Below are positions 19,301 to 29,648 of a DNA stretch of 64,000 nt, piece by piece (the first letter of the stretch is position 1; each line of letters opens with the position of its first letter). Origin of the DNA: a virus (Duplodnaviria > Caudoviricetes); the IMG/VR virus record IMGVR_UViG_3300044616_000676, positions 33-64,032 of that record; one strand, given 5' to 3'. The notes beneath the pieces were generated by a model that was given only the letters and a program-made list of their open reading frames with translations, had not been told where the DNA came from and searched no databases. The translations under genes were made by a program, and so were the position numbers.

Positions 19301-22300
19301 CGGTTTTCTCATCAGCCCCAAGTTCGACAGCTTTGTTGACGAACGATTTTTCCGTCATTTGATTTGGCCCAACACCTTGCTTGACGCGCTCCTTGTAGAG
19401 TTCGCGCATGGCGTCCACATTGGGTTTCTTTTCCTTGATGATGAGTGGATCAGAGTAACGCTCTGACAAGTCTTTGAGGATTGCCTGAGCGGTTCTCTCC
19501 GCCTTGGAAACCTGCTCCTCGCTGGATTCCGTCTCACCTTCTTGAGGTGTTTCAATTTCCTTTCCAGCTTCAGCACGCTTCTTGGCTGTATCAACCATCT
19601 TCTTGCGCTTGGCGCGCGTCTTTTTCTGTTCTGGAGTTTTGGCTTCAGAATCCAATCCAAGGAACTCGGTCATCAAAGCATCGAACTCAGCAAGATCCTT
19701 CTCACGAGCCTTGTCTCGCTCTGCTTTTGGCATGCGAAGAATGGCGTTCAGCTCATCAATCTCCTTGCGTTGCTCTGCGGAGAGTGACGCCTTTGATCCT
19801 GTTTTAATGTCCAGCTTGTCGGCTCTAGCATACATTGCTAGGCGACGAAGGATCATTTTTGCCATCTCCCAGATGGTCTTTCTACGACCTTCAAGACCTT
19901 CCTCACCCTCACTTACTAGCTTGGCATATTCATCATCTTCAGCCGCGCTTTCCTGAGCCTCGACTTCAGCCTGCGTTGTTTCCTCGGCAGCTTTCTCTTC
20001 TGCTTTAGTAATGATGTCTGTAATCTTCTCGGTTCCGCCCGTGATGGCGTCAAGTTTGTCTTTGGATTTCTGCTCTTTTTGAAGTTTAGCTTGATTGAAA
20101 AGGTTTCTCCCCCTGTAACGTGGATCAGTTAGTGACTCTTGACGATTTTGAAGGGCTTGACCAGCTCCAGTTCCAGCATTGTAATAAATAATACCACGCT
20201 TCTCAGCCAACTCTAACTCACGCTTACGACGAGGGTTGCGTTCCTTCCTAATTTCATTTGCCAATCTGTTCTCAATCTCAATTCCAATCTGACTACGAGC
20301 AATCGTAATCATATCCGACGAGACATCCTTACTAACTTGCAGACCAACGGCTATCTGAAACTCAGGGTCTTGTAGAGCTTCAGCAACAACTAGAATGTCA
20401 TTTGTTTTTGCCATCAAGTCGTCAATGAGCTTAATCGCTGGATCACGGTAAAGAACATACGATTTGACGTTATGTTCTGGAATCTCGGTATCCTTGAGAA
20501 GTTTGCCTTTGAACTTGGCCTTCTTATCAACACGGCCTTTTCCAGCTTCAGCTAAATCAACCTTGAACGATTTTGAAGCCTCTTCCGCATCTTCAATCGG
20601 AATCTTAGACGCCTTTGCAGCCCTCGGCATCACAACGACGAATCCAGCACGGCGACCTTCTGGGGTGGTGACGTTGATTTCGGATGTGTCGGAAAATTGA
20701 GCCAGATTGTTTTCAGCATTCTTGATTCGTTCCGAAAGCATTTCTCCGAAAACACCCTCCTTGGCAGATGCGTATCCATCACTAATCCATTGAAGAACGA
20801 TCTCTTGCCATTCACGAAGCACGTTTGCTATCTTCCTGAATGCCGTTTCAGTTAATTGGCCAGTCTTTTTAAGCTGTATCAAAGATCTAACCAGTTCAGG
20901 TAAAACATAGGGATATTGAGCCGCTAGATCCAATAGCTCATTTAAACTAAGGTTGGCTATTTCTGGATTATTGTTATAAAGCGATAGGGATGATGCCAGA
21001 ATCCTCCTGAGAGATTCAGCTTCTAAGTCGTTTAGCGAATCAGCCTTTTGAATTAAAGAGAAGGCAAGATTACTTTGTTCACCAAGAACAAATTGATCGA
21101 ATGAAATTTTTTTGCCAGATTTGATCCATTGATTCCTCAAGCCGATCAAATCCGACAAGTGAATCAACTCCTCAATGACTGAATCTTTTGTGTATTGAGA
21201 TGCAGCCTGCGGAGCCATCTTTTGCAACTCATCGAAACGCTCTTGTGATAAGGAGTATCCAATGATGATGCTGCCATCTGGCATAGCACGGACTTGTAGA
21301 GGCGCATTGTCATCAATTCTGATTCCATTGTTTGTAGCGAAGTTGGATGCAGGCCGAAGCACCCGTTGGACGAATTTTTTAGAGACGCCATTAATCTCAC
21401 CAAGAGAGGGAGATTTTTCGGTGGATTTGCGAATAAGTTCATTGAATGGATTGTCTTTTTCAAACGCTTGTATCTCTACTTCTTGCTCAGGAATAATTTG
21501 CTCACCCTCCTGCAACACCGCCCCGTTGTCCTCAAACAAGTCCTGAAGCACGTTGCTGAACTCGTCCTGCGTGACTCCGGGCATCAGTTCTTCGGTCTTT
21601 GCGAACAGTTCGCCAATCGGCACCGCCACACTTGTATCCTTGGGCATCGCTTCGTAAGCACGACGAATGGCTTCACGCACGTCCATGTCTCTCTCGCTGT
21701 AAATCGTAGAGCGTGCAGCCTCGTTGCCTGCGCTGGTTGCAGCATCGGTGTCGGATGCGAATTGAGGACGGGAGAAGCGGATGTCTGGAGAAGCGGCTTG
21801 GAAACGCTGGGAAAGCGGGATCACGTTGCCATCGGCATCGCGGGTGATGGGGTCGGCTGACTTGATCTGCTCGGGAGAGAAGACGATGACTTCTTCGATG
21901 TTTCCGTTTTCGTCTGCCGTGAAAGCCGCATCCTTCCGCTTGGCTTTCAAGATTTCCAAGTCCTTATCAGTGATGATGAGCGGGAACGATCTGCTAAAAC
22001 CGTATTCCTCCCGCTGCTCTTGCGCAAAATCCGTTCCGCTTGCTCCATATATCCCAACAGGATTGAGCATCTTGGCGTATAAGCGAAGAGTCTTCATGCG
22101 GCGTCCAGTCTCCGCATACTTCTCCTTGGCTAGCTTTGATTCGTATTCATGGGTATGCGCGATGTTTGGCCCTTTTCCTCGCGCCTTCTTGGCAAGGAAG
22201 AGTTTTTCAGGCTCCATCCAGACACCCTTTCCACTCCAGCCAGCATCAGAGTGCGGCTGCTTATACCCACCCATCTTGAACACATTGAAATCACGGAAGG

Positions 22301-25300
22301 TGTGATGCACCAACGGCAGCGAGGTGTCGTAGTTCGCGGCAGCGGCAGCCTCATCCACCATCCGCTGCGCCTTCTCCATGTCGCCAGCCTCAACCGCTGC
22401 GAGGTATTCGGCGTCCATTTCAGGGGTGATTCCAGCAGTCGGAGCGATTGCACTCAACTTCACTTTACCACCGTCTTTTAAGGTAAAACTACCAAGTGGC
22501 ACCGCAGGACGCTTCATCGCGTTACGCATCAGTCGAGCAACGTCCTTGAGGTTCTTCAGCGTAGGTTCACCCTTTTGTCCGGTCAAACGCCTCCAGACAC
22601 GCTTGAGGAACTGAACGATGTCGTCCCAAACGCCTCCAGTTGGAATCTTTTCCATCTTCTCAAAGTCGCGCATCAGAAGCTCTTCAAGGGCTTCAAACCG
22701 ACTTTCAAGATTCGTTCTCCAGTCAGCGTATTCATCGTAAGTCTCAACGAGTTTTGCAATCTGCTCGTCAGAGTAGGCACGCATCAGGTATCCACGAAGC
22801 TCACGCTTCTCGGCCATTGTAAAGAGAGAGATAGCCTTATGCCCGTTCTCATGGGCAATGACACGACGAGCAGCAGCTTGCTCCGGCGTAAGGCCAAGCA
22901 TTGTTGCCAAGTTTCGATCCAAGTTGGAAACCTGAATCTGCTTCGCAAAAATGAGCGTCTGGCCGTTCTCGTAAAGACCTTCGATGTTCTTCTCGGTTTG
23001 AAGGCGAGCGTAAGCCGATGGGAAAAGACGCGCATTCGCTTTGTCAGCCAAGAAAGCCTCCAAAGACTCATACACGTTCGTCAAATAAGCGTTCGGAATC
23101 TCGCCAGAGTTAGTCAATGCCTCGCGTGCCGTTTCGACATCAACCTTGGTGACAGTGCCTTGAATAGCATCCTCCTTCTGCGGACCTACTACGGAGTTGA
23201 GGGAGCTTTTGGTGGCATTGTCTTGCTTCTCCTGACGCTTCTTTGCGGCCTCGTCAGCAGCAGCTTGCTTCTTTTTCGCAGCGGCAGCTTTTGGCCCTAA
23301 ATTCTCCCTTGACGAGATTTCAGTTTCAGGTGAAACTTCGCCAACCATGGGAATCGACCCTCCCACGGGTTCAGCCTGAACACCTCGCGTAGCCCCCGGC
23401 TCCACGGCCACGGAGTCGGGGGTTGGTTTTTCGACTGCGGTGGGTTCAGCCACAGGCGCAGTCACAGAAGGTTGCTTTTCAATGCGCGTAAAGTTGACGT
23501 TCCTTGGAAGGGTCGTGATGTTTTCTGAGCCTTTAGGAATACGAGCAATACCTTCTGGATTTGTGAACTCAGCGCGAACTCTGCCATCAGAAAGAATCTT
23601 TTTTACACGATAGGTATTTCCTTTGAAGGATACTTCATCACCAATGCGCAACTCAGTTGATTTAACCGTAGCTGCCTTTGTGGTTTGAGGCTGGAAAACG
23701 TAGAGTTCGCCTTGTTTGACGTAGCCTTTGGGGAGGGTGATGCCGTAGGTGTCCACGGCTTCGGAGGAGACTGGTTTATTTTCACGAAATGCTCTTCGCG
23801 CTCGTCTATCTAAAATCGCATATCCACGATCTGATGGAACGCCAGTGACATCCGCCCAAGCCTTTACCTCAATGGACTTCCCGCCCCGCTGAATAGCCTT
23901 CCGACGTTCGGGGGTCATTAGTTTCTCCGGCACGAAAATCACCCCATCCCCTTGATGTTTTGCTCCTTTAAGTTTTGAAACGCGCAAAGCCGCGCTTTCT
24001 TCTGAAGAAAGCTCCTCCGGCTTCGTCACATCCCGAACAACAGGCGCAGCCATCCCTTCAACCTCCGCCGCCCTCTCAGCAGGCGTCAGTTTCGGCCTTT
24101 GATCTTCTGGCATCGCTGCCACGCCAGCTTCGGTGATGATGTTCTGCCCATCCACTTGCTCAACAAGCCCTTGGTCAACAAGCGACTGAACCTGCTCAGG
24201 CGTTGCATTGTTGTCCCGAACGGCGACGAGCGCAGGAAGATTATCAACCAGAGGGGCTGCGGCAAACGGGTCTGCCGCAACCTCCGGTGAAGGCATTACT
24301 TCTTCTTTGACTTCGCCTTCCGCTGGACTGAGTAGCTGATCGCGAGCGCCTGCGCTTTCGGCTTCCCGGCTTTCAATTCGGTCTTGAGGTTCTTCATAAA
24401 CGCTTTCTTCGCTGGGGACTTGAGCAGGGGCATATAGTTCTGGTTCTGGTGTTAGTGTGGGTTCTTCCACAGTCGGAATGACTGCGGCTTGCTCCATTGT
24501 TGGAGAAGGCGTTACTTCAGGCGCAACCTCTTCAGCCGCTTGCTCAGGCTGAATTGTTGGCTGGGACGTTTTGGGAAAGATTTCTTTAAGCGTTGCATCG
24601 AAACCAGCTTGGGCTTTAGCTGATTCTGAACTTCCTGCTGCTTCAAGGGATTTTGCGGCATCTGTGTTAAGCTGAACTGCAACCTCATCTGGCGAAGGCA
24701 TCGAAGGCAATTCCGGTTGTTGAGGGGGAATAACAGCCGTTTTGCCATCAGGGTCCACAACCGTAGTTCCACCCGCCTCCATAGCTGCCAATTTTTCTTC
24801 ATTGGTCTGATCTGGAACGGTGTCTTTTGGAATAGCCCCAGCTTCAGCTTGCAGGTCTTTTTGAATTTGCGTCTGCCGTTCTGGTGGAGTGGGGCGAAGA
24901 GCTTTGATTCCGCGAGCAATCGCAGTTGGCCCAAGTCCAGCAGCACCCATCATGCCAGTCATAGCCATCGTCGCAGGCGCAACTTCCTTGAAGGATTTGA
25001 TGTAATCGTCCAAAGTTCTTTCTTCCAAAGGAACGCTTTCAGGCGATTCTCCTCGCATCACGCCTTCTTCAAATTGTTTTTGAATGCGTTGCTGTTCAAC
25101 GCCCGTCACAGCTTCCGTTCCAATTTCAGAAACCAAAGCTCCCGCACCAGCCAATGCCGCTTTAGTGCCAGTAACTTTTCCAAGTGCATTGGAAGCAAGC
25201 TCCATTACGCCATTCTTTCCACCAAGAGCACGACGAATATATTTGCCAGCGCCACCTAAAGCTAGGTTGCCAAGTGCCTCAGGGCCAGCTTCGGCAGCGC

Positions 25301-25901
25301 CAAACTTGCGAGCCAAAGGAAGCAATTCTTGATATGCTTCTTCTTTTTCCTGTTCTGTGGGTTCACGGTTAAGATTTTCCGCAAAGAAAGAGTCAATTCG
25401 ATCTTTAGCATCATCAAGGAATTGAGCACCCGCCATGCGATATGCCATCAAAGCAGAAGTGGCAGCAGCAGCACCGCGAGCGGCCATTGGGCTTTTTGAC
25501 AAAGCAAGCGTTCCTGCGGCAGCGCCCATACTTGGAATCAATGTAGCCCCAGAAAAGCCAAGAGAAGGAGTGGCTTCACGAATAGTTGAGGAAACTGTGG
25601 AAATATCTCCGCTTGCAGCGGCCTCTTCTTCCTCTTTAGCCAACTCATCTTGTAAGGCTTGCATTTCTTGGCGGCGAGCAAAGTATCCCTCACTACGCTT
25701 CCAAGGATTGTCCAAACCTTCCCACGCTTGAGACAACGAAGCCATTGTCGTTGTAGGCAATGAAGTTGCGGCTCGACCAAGCGCAGAAGCAGTTTCGGAA
25801 ATATCCAAAAATGGTTTCTCTTTGACTTCTTTATATTGATCCAACCAAGAGTCGTCTTTGACTTCGGGATATTGAGAAAGCCATGAAGGTGTTTCAGCCA
25901 T
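16374..25901 (-). CDS. giant polyvalent internal virion/ejection protein (3175 aa)
   Basis: N-terminal SWL.QY repeats and Gly/Ala hydrophobic segments; HENGH zincin motif; ART-PolyVal-like segment; helical C-terminus; last of the internal-virion genes. Confidence 0.8.
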   Translation of the reverse strand: MAETPSWLSQYPEVKDDSWLDQYKEVKEKPFLDISETASALGRAATSLPTTTMASLSQAWEGLDNPWKRSEGYFARRQEMQALQDELAKEEEEAAASGDISTVSSTIREATPSLGFSGATLIPSMGAAAGTLALSKSPMAARGAAAATSALMAYRMAGAQFLDDAKDRIDSFFAENLNREPTEQEKEEAYQELLPLARKFGAAEAGPEALGNLALGGAGKYIRRALGGKNGVMELASNALGKVTGTKAALAGAGALVSEIGTEAVTGVEQQRIQKQFEEGVMRGESPESVPLEERTLDDYIKSFKEVAPATMAMTGMMGAAGLGPTAIARGIKALRPTPPERQTQIQKDLQAEAGAIPKDTVPDQTNEEKLAAMEAGGTTVVDPDGKTAVIPPQQPELPSMPSPDEVAVQLNTDAAKSLEAAGSSESAKAQAGFDATLKEIFPKTSQPTIQPEQAAEEVAPEVTPSPTMEQAAVIPTVEEPTLTPEPELYAPAQVPSEESVYEEPQDRIESREAESAGARDQLLSPAEGEVKEEVMPSPEVAADPFAAAPLVDNLPALVAVRDNNATPEQVQSLVDQGLVEQVDGQNIITEAGVAAMPEDQRPKLTPAERAAEVEGMAAPVVRDVTKPEELSSEESAALRVSKLKGAKHQGDGVIFVPEKLMTPERRKAIQRGGKSIEVKAWADVTGVPSDRGYAILDRRARRAFRENKPVSSEAVDTYGITLPKGYVKQGELYVFQPQTTKAATVKSTELRIGDEVSFKGNTYRVKKILSDGRVRAEFTNPEGIARIPKGSENITTLPRNVNFTRIEKQPSVTAPVAEPTAVEKPTPDSVAVEPGATRGVQAEPVGGSIPMVGEVSPETEISSRENLGPKAAAAKKKQAAADEAAKKRQEKQDNATKSSLNSVVGPQKEDAIQGTVTKVDVETAREALTNSGEIPNAYLTNVYESLEAFLADKANARLFPSAYARLQTEKNIEGLYENGQTLIFAKQIQVSNLDRNLATMLGLTPEQAAARRVIAHENGHKAISLFTMAEKRELRGYLMRAYSDEQIAKLVETYDEYADWRTNLESRFEALEELLMRDFEKMEKIPTGGVWDDIVQFLKRVWRRLTGQKGEPTLKNLKDVARLMRNAMKRPAVPLGSFTLKDGGKVKLSAIAPTAGITPEMDAEYLAAVEAGDMEKAQRMVDEAAAAANYDTSLPLVHHTFRDFNVFKMGGYKQPHSDAGWSGKGVWMEPEKLFLAKKARGKGPNIAHTHEYESKLAKEKYAETGRRMKTLRLYAKMLNPVGIYGASGTDFAQEQREEYGFSRSFPLIITDKDLEILKAKRKDAAFTADENGNIEEVIVFSPEQIKSADPITRDADGNVIPLSQRFQAASPDIRFSRPQFASDTDAATSAGNEAARSTIYSERDMDVREAIRRAYEAMPKDTSVAVPIGELFAKTEELMPGVTQDEFSNVLQDLFEDNGAVLQEGEQIIPEQEVEIQAFEKDNPFNELIRKSTEKSPSLGEINGVSKKFVQRVLRPASNFATNNGIRIDDNAPLQVRAMPDGSIIIGYSLSQERFDELQKMAPQAASQYTKDSVIEELIHLSDLIGLRNQWIKSGKKISFDQFVLGEQSNLAFSLIQKADSLNDLEAESLRRILASSLSLYNNNPEIANLSLNELLDLAAQYPYVLPELVRSLIQLKKTGQLTETAFRKIANVLREWQEIVLQWISDGYASAKEGVFGEMLSERIKNAENNLAQFSDTSEINVTTPEGRRAGFVVVMPRAAKASKIPIEDAEEASKSFKVDLAEAGKGRVDKKAKFKGKLLKDTEIPEHNVKSYVLYRDPAIKLIDDLMAKTNDILVVAEALQDPEFQIAVGLQVSKDVSSDMITIARSQIGIEIENRLANEIRKERNPRRKRELELAEKRGIIYYNAGTGAGQALQNRQESLTDPRYRGRNLFNQAKLQKEQKSKDKLDAITGGTEKITDIITKAEEKAAEETTQAEVEAQESAAEDDEYAKLVSEGEEGLEGRRKTIWEMAKMILRRLAMYARADKLDIKTGSKASLSAEQRKEIDELNAILRMPKAERDKAREKDLAEFDALMTEFLGLDSEAKTPEQKKTRAKRKKMVDTAKKRAEAGKEIETPQEGETESSEEQVSKAERTAQAILKDLSERYSDPLIIKEKKPNVDAMRELYKERVKQGVGPNQMTEKSFVNKAVELGADEKTAGILWKAAELEIDAREAMRQDKILQRKAVVGERADAQAHRIIFAKERLKRQSGFAGIDTNPNKDTIIQAFRDQVKSPVILEDFVARLKSLNVSETVAKRLFTAAEREKADLEAMEAFRMLEGPKALGNLLREMNKARPADSVPLERAIPWRKILSSNPKDVAEYRQRIFEAISDLPSFQNLTDEQKERLADLYAEAWENRKQTILDRMLRDEIKKARDRDEISEDVEKKLQQSRNKILEIVNLGGFNNDDLIKVLGERYGISTSFTEEQKERIQKLADQLQDEDMNTAKRNKLAMEFAVELAGAMDVPVSEIISNWWTSSVLFGPQTIFSIGAAFLNGGYSIATIGTRKMLAKLVKGDIQGAIEESILMLKGFARYLGAFKQSGRRAWSYLWTGDVGLLGTGSTDILSEINNFDQLQRFQRHKLLAEKLAKDPRMVRRYVGVYLRFVSRLLTALDAFNVMVTKAGTASLALRMSGMSTDKIIEAEKMLNLKAYKDQVIRDYFDNKAPKTQAEKALVDSYAEAEMYRAINNLGGKMENADYLASESAMTMHPTGFGGVVYDAITGFFAQRQSNADEYLEKMKKDWISHKDLKAVTFLSLAYLRQFAAYNAAGLTGSKFVRYASNKFNQGLSFIPFAGLLRQIEAKDDRIKGKDAFRETIYRNQIVSFVMLMVGYSVIKAIQDEPDDEERGNFWNGGWANLTPDQKKQMLAKGQKEYTMGFKFNGRWYVFNYQNWPLNQILSAIGSMSDQVRFSPEKWDEKSALSKGVAGMVSGVKSTLEIPALSGLQDLVGNRLASKDPTERDLDRLSRVASGWVGGFVPRILKDIDFYTQPELRKYEGLWEKTASHIPIYRRYVGEEYYDILGQQIKRNVIPGSREFMMGPTEPEYKILGALNARNIFLTPANAEYRMVGKGRNRRRLTQEEADAYSLETGRGYRDMLLRYGQRALQMPTERARAFLQDKADEVRDRALKRAYRR

Positions 25902-25909
25902 AAAAGAAG

Positions 25910-27937
25910 CTACTTAATATAGACTTTGCCATTCGACCATTTGAATTTAGTTCCTTTTGGCAAAGCCTCAACTTCTTCTCTTGTGGTTACATCAACAATC
26001 ATTTCTTGAGGGGCGGCAACTGAAGGTTGGGAAGTTTGTTCAGGAAACTTTTCACCAAGATAAGCGTCAAGAACATCCCCATAGGTTTTACCTTTTCCAA
26101 AAGAACGAAAACCGGGAATTGGACCTTTTAATCCAAATTCTTGAGCAAATTCACCGCCTGTAAATTTTAACAATCTATCAGATTGACGACTTAATGCGCC
26201 TTTTGAAAGAGGGCTTGGCTTAATGCCCATTTTTTTAGCTAAAAACATTTCAAATTGATCCCGAACCGTAAATGGATTTTCTGGATCATCTGTAGCGGGT
26301 TCTGCTTTAGCAATATCGGCAATTACCAAATCAAAATCTAAACCAAGAGATTTGGCGAAATCTTTGACATAGGATTCCATATCTTTTTTCTCTTGAGTCC
26401 AAGTCTTACGATAATTCTCCATTTCGGGAACCATCCGTATATTTTTTTCAGCCGCTTTAATTTGTTCTTTTAGATTAAAGATACGGGAATTGGCCTCCCT
26501 AGTAGTTGTCCCAAATGGGAATTTAGGCGATTCGGCAAATTTCTTCAATTTTTCCAAAGCAGCCTTTTTAACTTCCATTGAAGTGTTGGGATCATTGATG
26601 GCAGCTTCAAAAGTATTTTCATCTGCCTCTGGATTATTCAAGTCGGCAAGAATTTCTTTATCATCTACTTTGGGAATAGTTGGAAGCTGAGAGGCTGAAG
26701 CGGCCTTTTCCTTCATTGTTTCCTTAAAAGATTTTGGCGCGCCACCCGTTGCAGCAGGTGAAGTGATGTCCTCTGCGGTTGCTGCACCACGTTGGGCGAC
26801 AGGAGAAGTTGTTGGCACTCTAAATGAAGGGATTCTAGCCGTGCTAGGAACGCCCGTAACAGCTTCAAAGGCTTGTTTGTATTCAGGGCTATAAACATCA
26901 TAATCAGGAAGCTGCATCCCCGGCAGTCCTTCTTCTTCTACTGGAGGTTCAATAAGAGCGTTTTCAAAATCAGACTTGGCTTGGCTGTATCTCTCTTGAG
27001 CTGCATCAAAAATTTTCTGTTTAGCATCAATGATATTTGGATCATCAAATGACGAATCTCGTAAATCCCTTTTAGCACTCTCTAGTTCATCTTTGGCTAT
27101 ATTGAAAATCTTGCCTTTTCGATCAATCATTTGCCTTGATGCAGCTTCGTTACGCGATCCGCCAATAGAAGCACCAAGTTGGTAAATTGCAGATGGGTTA
27201 TCTAGCATATTGACCAGATTTGCTTGCGCCCCCCTTTTCAGAGCCCATTGCCTTGCTTGCTCAAGAGCGCCCTCGGATGTTTTTTTCCTCTCTAAATCAA
27301 GTTTAGCCATTTCTCTCGCAGTAGCAGCTTTAGTCTTAAAAGCAGCTTCTTCGGCTGGAGTGTAAAGATAATCAGGTTTCAGTTGACTAATATCAACACC
27401 CAACTCACCTAAGCGACCACGCTGTTCAGCCATGCTTTTTTTAAGCTCGGTGTCAGTGTATGCGCCAAATACTTCATCAGTGTTTGTAAGATTACTGGCT
27501 TTAGCAATAAATTCTGATCTGAATTCAGGTGGCAAACTTTTTGCCAAGTTGGGAACCAAAGCTTTAACAGCCTTAGATGGCTGAACAAATTCAGTGGCGC
27601 GAGAAAGTTGATCGAATTGAGGACTAAAAACAATCGCTGGATTCTTGCGGAAGATGTTCTCAATATCTTCGCCTTGGCTAAGTTCATCAAAAGCACGACC
27701 CATCGCCTCTTGACCTTTTAATTCCATGTTCCGCTTTGCTTGTTCAGCAGCCAAAGCGTTTTCTTTGGCTTCAAGCTCTTGTTCAGCCAAAGCATTTTGA
27801 CGAAGTTTAGGATTCAGGAAACGCCTTTCTTCGGCTATGGGGGTCCCAAAAAAAGTAGCTGGCGGCAGATTGCTACGACGAGGAAGCCCCATGCCAAAAA
27901 CGCGGGATGCAGGTGTGGATTTGTAGGGTTCAGCCAT
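25910..27937 (-). CDS. putative internal virion (ejection) protein
   Basis: Helical and low-complexity; C-terminal EEVEALPKGTKFKWSNGKVYIK; precedes the giant protein. Confidence 0.6.
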   Translation of the reverse strand: MAEPYKSTPASRVFGMGLPRRSNLPPATFFGTPIAEERRFLNPKLRQNALAEQELEAKENALAAEQAKRNMELKGQEAMGRAFDELSQGEDIENIFRKNPAIVFSPQFDQLSRATEFVQPSKAVKALVPNLAKSLPPEFRSEFIAKASNLTNTDEVFGAYTDTELKKSMAEQRGRLGELGVDISQLKPDYLYTPAEEAAFKTKAATAREMAKLDLERKKTSEGALEQARQWALKRGAQANLVNMLDNPSAIYQLGASIGGSRNEAASRQMIDRKGKIFNIAKDELESAKRDLRDSSFDDPNIIDAKQKIFDAAQERYSQAKSDFENALIEPPVEEEGLPGMQLPDYDVYSPEYKQAFEAVTGVPSTARIPSFRVPTTSPVAQRGAATAEDITSPAATGGAPKSFKETMKEKAASASQLPTIPKVDDKEILADLNNPEADENTFEAAINDPNTSMEVKKAALEKLKKFAESPKFPFGTTTREANSRIFNLKEQIKAAEKNIRMVPEMENYRKTWTQEKKDMESYVKDFAKSLGLDFDLVIADIAKAEPATDDPENPFTVRDQFEMFLAKKMGIKPSPLSKGALSRQSDRLLKFTGGEFAQEFGLKGPIPGFRSFGKGKTYGDVLDAYLGEKFPEQTSQPSVAAPQEMIVDVTTREEVEALPKGTKFKWSNGKVYIK

Positions 27938-27938
27938 A

Positions 27939-28895
27939 TCAAAGAGTTACGAGTCCGGGTTGATTCCAGCCAGTTCCAAAGCATCCACCCATGATGCCCC
28001 AATTGACGAATGAGGTGCTAGGGATGCCGCCACCACGGGCATATTTGGCTTCTTGATTCAAGAGATTGATACAACGCGCCCAATTTTCCTCGGCCTTCTG
28101 GCTGTCAGAACCATCCTCAAACTTCCAAGCCCAGAAACCAGCGCGAAGGGCAGGAATGTTGCCGGGAATCACCCAATCGCTTTCATTCCGCATACGGATG
28201 AATCTACGCTGGCAAATCAAGCGAATGGCGTTCTCAGCTTGTCCGGTTTGATAACGGCGGTAGGAAGGACGGGATTCGCCGGGGTAGTAGGAACCAATGA
28301 GGTTGTTTCCTGCGTCATACAAAGTCCATGCTTTCTGCATAACCGTGGAAGGATCAGGAGTAGCCTGAATGCCAGTCACAACAGAGAATTGATTCGTCGT
28401 GTTCACGAAAGGAGCGGCACAAGTGACCGATTCACCGAGTAGGCCATCAGCATCAAAAATGTCAGCGCCGTTTTGATCTTTGCCGAACAAACGGATTTGC
28501 TTACCGTCATCAGCAGCATTGGTCGCCACTTTCAAAACGCCCACAGTCTGAATGTTGGCTTGAGTGGCAAATCCATCCCCCATGTCAATCAAGACGCCAG
28601 CCCAATTCAACGAGTCCAGAACTTCGCCGGGGCCGTTAATCATGTAGGTGTGAAACTGCGTATAGGTTAACGCAGGAACACGGTTGTAAGTCATTGCCAA
28701 AACCGCCTCAAACTCGTATGGCAGTGTGATAAACCCATCCGAGCTAGGGAAGTCCACCTCAAGAATTGACCCCTTCCACTTGCCCGATTTCGTAACACGC
28801 TCGCAAACCTCATTGAGAATCTGGAGAAAACTCTGTTCTCCAAACTGAGGTTCAAGTTGTTGCCGAACATCGGCTACTGTGAGTTGGGTGTTCAT
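27939..28895 (-). CDS. putative head-tail adaptor/tail tubular protein
   Basis: T...VR..L...LNE..ER N-terminus and helical C-terminus typical of adaptors; structural context. Confidence 0.55.
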   Translation of the reverse strand: MNTQLTVADVRQQLEPQFGEQSFLQILNEVCERVTKSGKWKGSILEVDFPSSDGFITLPYEFEAVLAMTYNRVPALTYTQFHTYMINGPGEVLDSLNWAGVLIDMGDGFATQANIQTVGVLKVATNAADDGKQIRLFGKDQNGADIFDADGLLGESVTCAAPFVNTTNQFSVVTGIQATPDPSTVMQKAWTLYDAGNNLIGSYYPGESRPSYRRYQTGQAENAIRLICQRRFIRMRNESDWVIPGNIPALRAGFWAWKFEDGSDSQKAEENWARCINLLNQEAKYARGGGIPSTSFVNWGIMGGCFGTGWNQPGLVTL

Positions 28896-28904
28896 TGCAA
28901 GTTC

Positions 28905-29594
28905 TTAACGAATCCTTTGTTGTTGTTGCTCACGAAGACGACTTTGAACAGCCGAACGTGCCGCCATAACTGGACTTTTAGAAATGTTCCCAGATGCATC
29001 CATGCTTATCCCAGAACCCATATTCTTCCTGTTGTATTCATTGCGAATCTTGTCAAACTGACCGGAAGATTTGGCGTTAGCAATGTTTTGCTCACGAACG
29101 CCAAGTAAAGGATTTTGGGGAATAGGGCTTGTTGATTTGTTACCCATTGCCGATTGAGCAATCTTGGGTAAAAACCCAAGTGAACCCATTAAGCCTGAAG
29201 TTGGCAAATTTAAATTACTTGCTGTTTGTGCAGCTTGTTGCTGTTGCTGCATAGCCGGATTTGTTGCAGGATTCCGATTATACATGGAATTGAATTGATA
29301 TTGATTGAGTCGAGGATTATACATCAATCCTTGATCACGGCCAATAGTAGCCTCACGATTGATGTCGCCCATAGACCGAGTTTTATCCCTCTGAGCTAAG
29401 TAAAAAGCATCAAGTCCGCCGCCCAAGTTAGCACTACGATTGCCTGCGCTGCTACCAACGCTAGGATCAACTCGACGGGCCGTTCTGCCTGTTCCGGGTC
29501 CAGTGCCTTCTTCGTATTCAACATTACGAGGGCGTGCATCAATGCGACGACCTTGATTTGGTCTAACAAATTGGGGGAAAGTTGACTCTGCCAT
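28905..29594 (-). CDS. Q/N/G-rich hypothetical (possibly virion) protein
   Basis: ORF in the structural module with its own promoter-like sequence. Confidence 0.6.
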   Translation of the reverse strand: MAESTFPQFVRPNQGRRIDARPRNVEYEEGTGPGTGRTARRVDPSVGSSAGNRSANLGGGLDAFYLAQRDKTRSMGDINREATIGRDQGLMYNPRLNQYQFNSMYNRNPATNPAMQQQQQAAQTASNLNLPTSGLMGSLGFLPKIAQSAMGNKSTSPIPQNPLLGVREQNIANAKSSGQFDKIRNEYNRKNMGSGISMDASGNISKSPVMAARSAVQSRLREQQQQRIR

Positions 29595-29648
29595 AATACC
29601 TTTAGATTATTCCCCTAAAGGACGGATTGGCAACGAGGATTTTAGGGC

